The notes beneath the pieces were generated by a model, which was not told the origin of the DNA, ran no database searches, and saw only the letters and a program-made list of their open reading frames with translations. A program made the translations under genes and the position numbers. This document shows, in pieces, positions 1 through 12,075 of a stretch of DNA of 64,000 nt. The first letter of the stretch is position 1. Every line of letters begins with the position of its first letter. This DNA comes from Botryllus schlosseri. Its lineage: Eukaryota. The stretch is from assembly GCA_051294905.1 (NCBI GenBank), contig CM119371.1, positions 27,096,001 to 27,160,000 of the forward strand, given 5' to 3'.

Positions 1-1728
1 GGATTTTAGGTTTTAGTGATTGTATGGACTCGTGTATGTTTGGCTGTTTTTCGTACTGATACTGTTTGAGTTGGTCGGGTAACGGATTTACTTGACAATG
101 TTTTCGTGGTTGACTCTTTGAATATCGTACGATGGTAAGATGTCAAGACGTAATACTATTTCCGTACACTCAATTACAACAAAACATAACCCGCATTCAA
201 ATAATCCGTAAGCTACAAGTGGATTTAAAACTTGATGCTGTTTTGTGGTTAACTCAAGTCAGTAGTCATGTTTGTGTTGATTTCGGGAATGCTCATGACG
301 AGTTGGTCGAGTTACCGAGTTGCTGACATTCAAATATCTATTACGCTGTAATATACGGATTTAATTGTGATAAATTATTTCTCAGTTATTGTTCAGACAT
401 TCAAATCTCGTATACTCAAAATATAATATGTCCAAGTCAAAACGTATATGCACCGATTAGTAAATACTTTGTCTTCAGAATAGTAACAACCTTTACAATC
501 GAATAAAAAAAGACCGAGCATACGAATACAACCAGGATGAATTAATTCAAATTCATGAGTTGCAGTGATATAATCAAGTAATTGAAAACTAGATTTTTAA
601 CAATTGGTAATGTTGTGAATAATTCTTTTGAGTATGGTAAGATGTAAAAATATCTCTTTGACAAACGGAAAGCCAGACCGTGAATAGAGTTGTGATGTTT
701 CATTACTTGTTTCAAATCAATGTGTGTATAATATCGAAACGGGACTGTGGGGGAAGTTGGTAGTCATGTTGTCAATCCTATTTCAATTCACACTATGTCA
801 AAGTCCAAATATTTCATTTTGGATTATCTGGATTTAGCTTTAGTACACCCCGCGAATGGATTCCGACACCGTACTATAACGTTTTTGATAATAAGGACTC
901 GAGGATTTTCAATCAACAATACTGGAATTTTTTGATAATGTTAGAGCTGGCAAATGATTAGTTGCGTGTTTTTGTTAAGAGTTTGATTTCGTGTTGATAA
1001 AGACAATAACTGTATAATACACATACTTGTGATTCTTGATTCTTGTAGAGTTATAATTGTATTGATTCTATAAGTGCGAAAACAGCGGCGCGGAATGTGC
1101 GAATAATTCGATGCGGCTGAAAGTCGGCGTCAGTAATATTCGGTTACGGTCGAATCAAAAGATTTCTCAAAATAATTAGAATTGTACCGAATTAACACAT
1201 TCAGATACGAATCAACTTGGTTTGTGCAGTAAGTTTCATTTCAAGTTGACAAATTGACACATTACTTGTATATTCACATGATTCTTATTATACAACTAAA
1301 GTCAACCACGTTCCGAAGTGTCAAAACATATAGCAAGCACCAGAAAGTGTCAAATTGTTGGTTTTCGAATCACCGTTTGCGACGGCTCTGTGACAAACTA
1401 ATTACCGAAATATTACCTTGTGAGCGATCGGTATGTCTTTAACACCAAGTCACTAAAATGGTTATGCCCGAGACATTATCTTGTCAGCGATCGCGGGGTT
1501 TTGCAAACTATTTCACACATTTTTGAAGTGTTAGTTTGTGAACGCGGTTATTTGTTGATCGCTTTTCGTGTCGCTGCTGAATACTGAATACTCCTGAATG
1601 TAATAGTGCTGACTGGATTAGTGTAATAATCGATAGTAGCACGCGGCTGGCCGTGAAACAATTCCACACACAGGTCATTCGAAATATAGGTCGCACTGCT
1701 TAATCCTCACAACAAGCCGCGTTTCCGT

Positions 1729-2206
1729 TTGTGCGGCACGATATACACATTAACAAAGATTCATTCACATGACTATTTACTTGATACATATTCAACACCG
1801 GTCGAGAGATGTATATACCCGAAAGTACGAATCACCGCCACACCCATAAGAACGCATGGCGAATCACCAACACAACCTATACGCGAAAGCACGACATGCG
1901 AAAGTACGATGTGCGAGAGATGTCAATACCCGAAAGGGCGATGTGCCACCACGAGTTTTCCATGCGATGTGCGAGAGATGCCAATACCCGAAAGGGCGAT
2001 GTGCCACCACGAGTTTTCCATGCGATGTGCGAGAGATGCCTATACCGAAAAGGGTTACCGTGTGAGAGGCTCCATAAGACACAATGGCACCGTGCGAGAG
2101 ATAGGGGGGGTCAAAAGGGTCACCGTGCCAACACGAGTTTCGAGGCACCGTGCGAGCGGGCCCATAAGAACCCCATAGCCGCGTGCGACCGATCTACTAT
2201 ACTACT
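1729..2206. mobile_element. Possible right terminus of a Polinton/Maverick-like element (left extent unknown)
   Basis: Repeat-rich GC-richer block ending ...CTACTATACTACT at 2206 (reverse complement AGTAGT..., a Polinton-type terminus). No second end or recognisable Polinton ORF in the window. Confidence 0.3.
1907..2045. repeat. 58-bp tandem repeat (~2.4 copies), followed by degenerate CCGTGCGAG motifs to ~2160
   Basis: CGATGTGCGAGAGATG starts at 1907, 1965 and 2023 (period 58). Confidence 0.9.
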
Positions 2207-2388
2207 GCTGCATTTCCGCTGCTGAGCTAAAATGTTGATGTCTTTTTTTCCGCAGAAATAGAAAATAATATAAATGATATCTCACGTATTTGCATAAACA
2301 CAAATCCGGAAATAGAAGTTAACTATATTCATTATTTCAGCACTACTTCGCCGACTTAGAACTTGAATTCTTGCCTTTGTTTTCGCAG

Positions 2389-5300
2389 ATATACATAACG
2401 AGCAATTGACCCCGCATTTGGACGACCACAGAACCTGGAATAGAAGTGAGACATTAATTTAATATCACCGCTGCTCTGCTAACTTGAACAACATCTTTCC
2501 AGCTGTCTCGGACCCATTGAAACTATTTCGCCGTCGTCTTGCTGTGATTTTCGAGGATGCACAACAGATATTTCTCGACTCCCTCGAGTCCATTAAACGT
2601 GAGTCTGTGATCGTGACTAGGACTGGGCAAAATAATATGGGTGATACGATTCTGAATCGAGTATTATGATTCAAATCGATCCGAGTTAACATGTTTCAAT
2701 CATCATGACGTCATAACAGTATGGAACATGTGGGAAGATCAGATATATCACTTTTATGACAGCACTGGTATTTTTACGACCGTAGTTTGAGCAAAAGAGA
2801 TTTCAGTGCTCGATTCAGATTCGAACACTCGAATCGGAGTGTTCAGCCCTACGTGTGATCAATGTTGTTTATTCGCAGATTTCGGTTGCCCAATTCCCGA
2901 ATTTGCACTGTGTGAGCTGTCCCGTACCGTCATTTTACATTTGGAACATTGTCACTAGTTTAGCACTTCCAGCAATCTTCAAATATCTTCAAAAGAACTT
3001 GTTTTAAAACTCATGTTAGAAGAGTAGCAGGTGCTTCGGCTACTATTTGTAAGGTTCTTCAGAAAGATTAAAATAAGGCTCCTCTGGTTTTATCCGGAGC
3101 TCTGGACATATGTGGACTATTTCTGCTTCCCACATCCAGATAATTTTTTTAGCGACCCTTTCAACACGTAATTGAACTAAAACTCAACTCTTATGTATAC
3201 TCCAGGGTTGTAATGACTAGGCCCGATTCGACTCGAGTCACGATTATTTGGTAACTCGACTTGACTCGATTCATTTTTGCAAATGCGTAAGACGACTTGA
3301 GATGAACCAATTCATATCAGTCGATGTCATGTCAGACATTACTTTGTAACTTCTAAGAATAGTAAACTCACCAAATTAATGAAATGAATTGAAATTTCCG
3401 AACGTCACTACTTGCAACCCATATGTCACAATCTGGTTTATTACAGTCTTGGCGAATATGTCTGCTGACTTCGAGGCGATTCAAAGTGAGAATGAAGAGC
3501 TGTATTCGAGTGAGTCTGCAAGTCGACGATCGCTTGACTTTGAATGTAAGGGTTTAACCTAATTGATTCATCTGATAGGTATTGACGAGTTGAAGATGCG
3601 AATAAATTCACTGGAGAAGACCGGGGGTTAGAAGAACTTATTAGTCGAAGTCGGTATAATGCCACAATTTTGTTCGACAGATCTATGCCCCGTCAGATAC
3701 GAAGGTATCTGCTACTGGGTGGAACTTCGCAGACAAGCACATTGCGTGGAGTATCCCAGAATTTGTCGTGAACGCGGTGGAGAGCCCGCCTTTGTCCACA
3801 GCGAGAAGCACTACCGCATGATCGAGGGGCACATGAGAGCGCTTATCTTGACTTTGCCCAAAGACAATAACGATCAGAAGTACATCGACTTCTGGTTGGA
3901 CATGAGATACAGCAGACGGGCAAGTTATTAGCAGATGTGGTCGATGTACTTAGTAATGGTACTTAATTAGAAGTGGAAGTAATGCCGCAGATTTCTACTT
4001 CATTACACGCAGAAGTAACTATTTCAAGTTGAAGTAGAAAATGTAGCATCTGCAGGAAGCAGTTTTCAAAAGTAGATTTTGTCGAGATGTTGCACACACA
4101 CTTAGAGCAGAGATCATGTAGTTGGATTGATTAAAGCAGTGTTCCCAATCTTTTTCATCTCGTGTCTTCCTTGGCCGAAATTTAAGCCATAATTCCCCCA
4201 TTGGGAAAAATCCGCCCGATGATTAAAAGAGGTCAGTTTTACCGCACAAACACCTGTTGACTGAGAAAATAAGACGGGCGATACCGAGTGTTTGTTTCTA
4301 ACAGTGCTGTAATAGCACTTTGTAGACCTCCAAAAACTATGGTCTTGATCCCAATCAAACAAATTCTGGAAGGCTTAACTCAACAGACCCCCACATCACT
4401 TCCATTAGTGTTTTCGGTTTACCATGCATAAATAGCTAATATAACTGCTATGAAAAATCAGTATGCATAAATTTACTGGTCTCGCAATTTTTTTCTTAAG
4501 TTTGCGTATGCATTTGGAAAATAGAATTGGTACTTTTATATATAGCAGGGTTGACCAGACTCGAGTCTGACTCGAGTCATTATTTTTCTTATGACTCGAC
4601 TTAGATCGAGTCATTTTCTCAAAATACGGAAACGACTCGACTCGAAAAAATCTGTGTATTGACTCGACTTGGACTCGAGTCATTGTGTATGACTCGAACC
4701 AAGCCATATGACTCGAGACTATAAGACGGCCAAGACCGAGATTTCATTGTAATTTCGAAGAACAGTAAAGTGACCACCCTATTGGAATTTCGTCTATTGG
4801 TCCTGGTACTTGAAAATGCGACAAGAAAATGCTCAAAGTGAAGAAAATTAGTATATCATAAATCCAACTCATTCAATATCACCAAACAGAGTTATAAAAA
4901 GTGGGTTTAACAAGACTACAACTGGAAACTGAGCAGTCAACACAATGACTTGGACTCGGACTCGAGTCATGATACCATGACTCGGACTCGACCCTCTGCT
5001 CGGTGACTTGGACTCGGACTTGACTCAATGGCGAATTGAAAATGACTTGAGTTGCCTCGAGTCAAAACTATGAAAGTGAGATTGACTTGTGACTCGGAGC
5101 CTCGTGACCTGGTTACAGCCCTGATTTAGCAAACCGTAAAAGTTCTTCGCAGAAATATTTCCAATAACGACCGTGACGAATGTCTCCTAGGTAACGGCTT
5201 CGGTCAACAATCGGACAATCAAAGACTTATGCACGACCAATCCAATGCGACATAGGTTTTCTTATATTATATATAATCCGATGCGCCTCTTTTCCGTACT

Positions 5301-6746
5301 GAATTCATTTGACTTTCACTTCGCGTCACGAAATAGCCATACAGAAGAGAAGTTGTAGACATTGTTGATTTGGTGGAGAACGATGTAGTCTGTTGTTCCC
5401 TTGCCGCCGACCATTTGATTTCAATTTATCTATAATTATAGTCCATTCTCGGTCACGAGCGACAAGAGAAATTTTGCCGTTTTTCTCAATCGCGTTCGGG
5501 TGCGACGATAGTCGATAACAACTCTTTCTGTGCTCTGGCAAAATTGACTCCACTCTGTTTCTGTTCATGACCACTCACTCTACCCGGTTATCAAGAAAAC
5601 GAGAATTCCATCTGTTGCACACCTTTTATCAACAGCCTGCCGTTTAATTAAACAACCTGACAACTGATAGGCTGTCAGTGACAGCCGATAACGCGTTTTC
5701 GCACTCTGATGCTACAGATAACACACACTACTTAATTGACAACTCGGGATATCTCGGGTATAATCATCGAGCGCAGCCGCATCCGACTTCATGCGACCCG
5801 ATGATAAGTCGATATTCTCGACTCCACTAGCAGGTCAAAATTAGAAAACATATTTAGCTGGGCGATTTCTCCCAGCGAACAGGCTAATTTCAGTCAAAAA
5901 AGTTATAGCCTACATAGCTACTGACATGATAGCGTAATGGTGAAGCGTCCGAAAAGTTATAGCCTACATAGCTACCGACATGATAGCGTAATGGTGAAGC
6001 GTCCGGCTTCTTTGGTCGGTAGGTCATGGGTTCGATCCCCAGCCGTGTCAGATCAAAGATCTGATTAGTAACACGGGTATCCATGACATCCCTACCTGAC
6101 GCTCATGCACTACTGGGATAGCATGGAGGGACTAAGAAAGCCGTAAGGCTATATCTGCACCTGCCTTGTCCAGCGGCATATGCACATCATGCACTCGTGG
6201 TATGCATATGCACAGATCGTGTGTATGTATATCATTAGTCGGTGTATATGCCACAAAAACATCAAGGACAAAAATAAACTACGTCCTTGACACTTGCGTG
6301 TAAAATATTTCCTCAAAATTCCCGTCCACCTGACAAAGGTGTAGACATAAGAAGGTAAATATTTTTGCGTCAAACAGTCAAGTAGAGGTAAATGTAGTAT
6401 GATTGTATGAATGTTACCACTTGACTGACTACAGTGCTAGCAGAAGCAAAACCTGCTTGAGTACTCCGAAAAAGCAGAGATTATTCGTTACTGGCCACTT
6501 TTCGTTATCAGTCACTATCACTTTATTATCATTCTAACAAATCCTACACCACTACAGGTAAGAAAGGTTTTTATACCCGATGACACCGAAGCGGATTACG
6601 TGAAGTGGGGAGCTGAATTTCCTGATCGCAATTGCTGCTGTATGGCGATGATGACAACCGTTCGACGAACGGGTGTGGACCAGTTTATGTTCAACCCGCC
6701 GGTCGGTCACACCGCAGAAGGAGTGTTGTGTATGATGCGCCATTAA
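2389..6746 (+). CDS. C-type lectin-like gene, copy 1 (5'-incomplete). Exons 2389-2445, 2503-2598, 2879-2911, 3447-3509, 3579-3626, 3681-3919, 6558-6746
   Basis: Phase-compatible AG/GT exons join into one open frame: coiled-coil-like neck IDELKMRINSLEK, then DLCPVRYEGICYW..RICRERGGEPA..FWLDMRYSRR | VRKVFIPDD..VKWGAEFP..EGVLCMMRH*. The last intron is at the same position and phase as in copies 2 and 3. CTLD exons are more certain than the upstream micro-exons. Confidence 0.75.
4546..5123. mobile_element. Non-autonomous hAT-like element with GACTCG subterminal arrays (partial related copy from 3203)
   Basis: Ends CAGGGTTG.. and ..GGTTACAGCCCTG; dense GACTCGA/GACTTG repeats near both ends; TSD ambiguous. 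Confidence 0.6.
5898..6005. repeat. 54-bp direct tandem duplication covering a SINE 5' end and its flank
   Basis: 5898-5951 and 5952-6005 differ at one base. Confidence 0.9.
5975..6145 (+). mobile_element. tRNA-derived SINE (head and part of body)
   Basis: A-box-like TAGCGTAATGG and B-box GGTTCGATCC at tRNA spacing, without a complete cloverleaf. Confidence 0.6.
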
Positions 6747-7084
6747 TTTGGCAAATAAGGCAATTCCTATAATCATTTAATGGCGAAGTGAGATATTGAT
6801 ATTATACTCTGCGCTCTTCCACTGCAAAATAGGTCATTAGTGGGTAGATTGTACTTTTTATGGCAGTGAGCAGTTACCACGGATGATATACAGCACTTTC
6901 TGGTACATCATAGTGCATTCACTCGCATTCGAATGAATGAAATCGAGTCACACCAATACTTATGCAGTTATATACCCCAGTGGTTGATTGGATTCCATTC
7001 CTCTCAAGACGTGATCCATTGTACCACCTGAAGAAGGTGCGAACATTTTGTAAACGCAAACAGAGCACACTAGACGCCTTAGAT

Positions 7085-8158
7085 CAGTGTTTCCCAACCT
7101 TTTTCGTCTCGTGCCCCACTTGGCTGATATTTGAGCTAAAATTCCCCCTATGGAAAAGTTGCCTGTGACTAAAATAATGTGCTTTTTACCGCGCAACCAT
7201 TTTTTGACTGAGCAATTAATGGCCAAACATATTCAGATACGTCCAAACTATGGCGAATGGGGACCGCACTAAACTTTGGTAAAGTACAGTCAATTTTGAC
7301 CTGTTTTTGACCGGTCAGGTAGCCGCTGACGAAAAATAAATCACGAAGTCCGCTTGCTATGGACTTGAGTTGAATCGATGAATTTGGTACGGTATGTTTT
7401 AACGGTATGTTTGAACTCATATGTTGGCCAAAAAAGTTGAACAATTTTACTAGCGGCCTTGTGCTGAATTCGGCTTGACGTAACCAGGGACCAGCCACAT
7501 TCTTCGCAAATCTTCGTATATGACCATAAAGTAGAATATTCCGTAGCAGATTTATTTGACTTGAAATTTTTCTTAGCACTTCGCATGATTTATTGTCACA
7601 TTTCTTGCATTTAGTATTAGAATCCTTCCTGGAAATTATAAATACGCGTAATTTACAGAATTGAGTCCAACTGTGCTCGCAATTAGGAGATAACGTGTCG
7701 TACAACATGCGACTTCGCTTGTGCGCTCGAAGCGAGATCATCGGCGATGAAACATTTGCAAAAAATGACTGAGGAATGTTCACTGAAACCGTCGATATTG
7801 CTATATCTAAAACCCCAAACAATCCTGTCCTTGCCAAATGAGCCCATTGCTATACAGAGGCGACCCCCAATATATGCAAGTTATATATTTATTGATCGAA
7901 TTCATTCATTACCTTGAAAAATATTTCGTGCTTCGCGCGACCAGAGCATGACTGCACACTGTACAGTTGCAACCGGAGTTTTCATGTCATAATTGTTATC
8001 AATTTGAAAGCGCAGTTGTATAAGTCTTGTTTTTAATGTTACCTAATTCGGTTCGTTCCTATCGGAAAACTAAATAAAAGGTCATCAACATTCAAGTTGC
8101 CCGCGCATTGGTTCGTAAATGTCATGTTTCCCTTTGGTCGAAAAGGTTGGCAACCCTG
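7085..8158. mobile_element. Non-autonomous hAT element; interior related to ~27300-27864
   Basis: TIRs CAGTGTTTCCCAACCTTTT / AAAAGGTTGGCAACCCTG; imperfect 8-bp TSD CCTTAGAT/ACATAGAT. Confidence 0.7.
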
Positions 8159-9038
8159 ACATAGATAGAATTGGACATTATTTGCAAATTACGATTCAGT
8201 TGCATAGAGGAAGAAAGAAGCAATATGCATATTCGCCATACAGTCACAAATTGATGCGATTTTTGGAATTATACCATGATATTGTGACAGAGCAAATATA
8301 TCGTCTGGTTGTAGAATTGATGTAAATATAACCAAACGCTCCTTCCCACTTGACAAAATTAAAAATATTCGTAGTGTAACTTAGCTACTTGGCTCGAACA
8401 AAAGATCAAGAAAGACTGCAAGTCCTAGTGCCTGATTACTTGACTGAGTGCATGTAGACTAGACATATGCTATTTGACTACTTCCTAAATTTCGTTTATG
8501 ACCAATGTCTATTAGTAATGAGAGTAATCAGTACAGTGTGTAATGGGAAAATTAGTAAGATGCATCTCAGTAATAGTTGCTGTCTCAAACATAAGAGCAA
8601 CACTTCGATTGTTTTTTTCTACATTTTAATTATACAGGATGGGCTATACGTCGTGTTTTAATGATGCATACATATTAGGTTATCAGAGAGTCCATGCTAT
8701 AAAAACTGATAAAAGACGAAAAAAGGAATAGTATCTAGAAAGGCATGCATAGTGAATAATTCGAGCTGTGCCACAATGAAACAATTTTGCATGCCGTCGT
8801 TAATCATATGTTTGCATATATTTAGTAAACGCTTTCACATTACTTGCCAGAGTTAATTGAAGTCGGTTTTGTGGATCATAAATCGAAGAGCGAGGAGCTG
8901 TTGGTGCAGTGGACTTGCAGCTCTCCGAAGGGTTCGACGAAACCTCGATGAGAAATGAGGAACTAATCAGACAAGGTACAGCCATAGTGATAAGATCAGT
9001 TGTAGGCTATTCACAGCTACTATTCATACAGTCTATAT

Positions 9039-9573
9039 CAGGGGCGTGCAACTTCTTTAGTCGGCGGGCCTGGTATCGAAAAATTAAGTACTTGGCAGGC
9101 CGGTTTTTTGAATCGATACCTATACCAGGGATTAATCCTATTTATTGCGAACCTCAAGTTTAAGGTATAGAGACAGTGTTTTATGAATTAATACCCGTGA
9201 CTTGAGTAGCTGTTGAGGTCAATGAGACATCTGTGGCCGATCCAAGTTGTGGATGAGTTCTTGGAACTCAAGCAGCATGTTGGGCGGAAAAACTCTTAGT
9301 AGGTACAGACTGCACGTGAACATCAGTTAAATTGAATGCAGCTTTACATTGTTCATTGTGCATGATCAAAATTGTTTTTTCGCAAATGTATATGTAAACC
9401 TGAATATAACAAATAGTTTCATGGCCATACTCCTCAGGTCGGCAAACTTGGGTTCATTCCGTGACGCATAAAATTTGGCAGACTGTGGCTGTGGGCCAAA
9501 TTATTATGTAAGACCAGAATCTGTCGGCGGGCCGCTCAAAATCCAGTCGCGGGCCGTATGTTTCCTGCTTCTG
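9039..9573. mobile_element. hAT MITE of the GCGGGCC-motif family (related left end at ~31737)
   Basis: CAGGGGCGTGCAAC.. left end; GCGGGCCG subterminal motifs at right; imperfect TSD GTCTATAT/CTCTAAAT. Confidence 0.55.
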
Positions 9574-10852
9574 CTCTAAATGAAAATCTTATATATGCTA
9601 CCAAATGCTCAACAAAACATAAGATTCAACGGGAGAAGGCAGCCCTACATGGCAGGGAATTCTGCTTTCATATCAATTCTGGGTGATTGTTAGCCCGCCG
9701 CATTCATATATCCCAGTGTAGCGTGTGGATCAGATGAATGACACTTTCAGGTGGCGAATTGCGCTTTCGCACTTCTGCACTGACTGTGAATTAGGTCACA
9801 ATTACTATGAAGATATATCCCAGGAGTGTACACTCTTAGCGAAAAGAGTGGTTATACACACCCCAAAAGGTGGTACACGAAAACAGAACTTACGTAACCC
9901 TGCCGGTGTGAATGACCAGAATCCACCCCATTCCTTGCGGTGTATATCGGATATCTCACCCTAGCCATTAGAATTGATTGGGGCGGAATTTCAATATATA
10001 CACCCCACTTGAAATCCTGCATCTTCTTCCAAATGGCACGCTATTGCAAATAAACTTTCTTGATTGCATATATTCGATATCAATTGAACCATAATAACAT
10101 AAAATGGAAACATATTTCGTGAAATAACAAAAACAGAGATCCCAGCGACGGAGAAAAAAATTCACTGAAAATACTGCTCGAAGAACATTGCCCATGTAGT
10201 ATTGGGAAGTCGCCTCCTCCAGGTTTCCGAAAAACACTCTTGTACGGCGAAGGCTGAGTCACTATCTTCAGCAAGAACTTGTGGCATCATCCTGAAATCA
10301 AAATGCATATTCACAACCCAAATAACAGGCACATATGCTAACATGCATAACTTAATGAAAGACCACAAAAATAAAAGCCATTACAAAGTATATATATTTT
10401 CACAAAGTACTTACAAAAAATCAGATGTTACACTTGCTAAGGAATTGCAGCACAGACTGTGGTCCGATAGGGTGAACTTACCGCTATAGGAAACATGTTC
10501 ACACACGATCACTGTATGTGTGGACAATTAGGCATCGACAAGATGGAAATTGATGGATAGTTTTCATGCAAACCGCATGTAACAGGCAGACTTGGACAAC
10601 TAGAAAACGTTCCCTTTTTCCAAATTGGATTGGAATTATATTACAACTACAAGTTTTTTTTTCGAATTAGAGTAGAATTAAAATTTGAGCTACACAGTTG
10701 GAAATTAGATTAAAATTATAATTCTAGCTAACAGTTTTTTTTAAATTAGATTAGAATTAGAATTACTGAAATCGCCAAAAGTTGAATCAAACTCCGTTAT
10801 TATCAAATCATAGTTCATCTTATGAGCATGAGAATAGCAAATGTCTACTGTA

Positions 10853-11519
10853 CAGTAGGGGTGTTCAAAAATGACTTTTTCTTTCAAATCTACTGGCTAC
10901 TTGATAAAATTGTTAGGTAACCTAATTGAAGCCTGCACACCAAATTTGGTTTGATTCCAACAAGTAGCCGTATTGCTACAGGAGAAGAAAGTTTTTTATT
11001 TATTATATGAAAATGAACGAAAAAAGATTTAAAATTTTCTGTTCACCCCATTAAATTGTTAGGTTGTCTATAGCAACAATGCTCAACCGATTTGGCTCAA
11101 TTCCAACCAGTGGAAGCGGAGTTATGGCCGTCACAAAATTTTGGATTTGAATAAAATAGTATTTACGGTGAACGATTCTTTAATCATTTATGACTGTTGT
11201 GCCCACCGTAAATACTATTTTATTCAAATCCAAATTTTTCGAAATCAATAACTCCGCTTCGGCTGGTTTGATTTGAGGCAAATTTGGTGGGCATCGTTTC
11301 TATAGACAACCTTACAATTTCATGGGTGAACAGAAAATTTTGAATTATTTGACTAATTTTTAAATAATAAATAAAATAACTTTCTTCTCAAGTAGCAATG
11401 CGGCTACTGGTTGGAATTGAACCAAATTTGGTGTTTAGGCTTCAATTCCGTAATCTAACAATTTTACCAAGTAGCCAGAAGAATTTGAGAATAAAGATTC
11501 ATTTTTAACACCCCTACTG
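10853..11519. mobile_element. Palindromic Tc1/mariner-type MITE, nested in an (ATTAGA)n-rich element
   Basis: TA|CAGTAGGGGTGTT...AACACCCCTACTG|TA; the two halves are near reverse complements; ATTAGA arrays on both sides (10600-10780, 11585-11700). Confidence 0.85.
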
Positions 11520-12075
11520 TACAGCAAGCTTGGCTTGTTTCGCACTATACAGTTCTCCTGTAGCATTTCCAGGAAAACCAGACATTAGATTAGACTTAAA
11601 ATTAGACCATAGAAAGATTTCATACATTCGATTAGAATTGGAATTAGAGCATAGAAACATTTCACAAATTAGAATAGCTTCAATTAGGATAATTAGACAA
11701 CTAGAATACTAGCAACACCGCCTATATCAGAAATAACTGAATATATTTTTGAAGATTCTTGCTGTTAGTAGTGTCATATGCCATGCCCATTAGTAATTTT
11801 ATATTAGTCGCGAAGATTCATATCGCAATTTTCAAGGTAGAATCCTCTGAAAATCTGCGTACCATACTTGACTATTTTTCCAACATTTCGTATTCTACTT
11901 CCACTTGGCGTAGTTTTGACTTGTATTGGGAACTGTTGCATTTACTTGTAATCGAGTATAAATTGAAGTTGGTATTTCTACATCGACTTGAGTAGCAACG
12001 CTGGTAACTTTGACCATCTCTGCTTTGGTTTACCTCATAGATACGACTACGAAAGTTGACATCAGGTGTCATTAT

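Noticed and set aside
1729..2225. Cys-rich repetitive ORFs, or a CRISPR-like array
   Set aside because: Translations of a 58-bp tandem repeat; no unique spacers; eukaryotic context
7169..7837. 222-aa minus-strand ORF
   Set aside because: Lies inside a non-autonomous hAT element, starts at a non-ATG codon and has no recognisable motif
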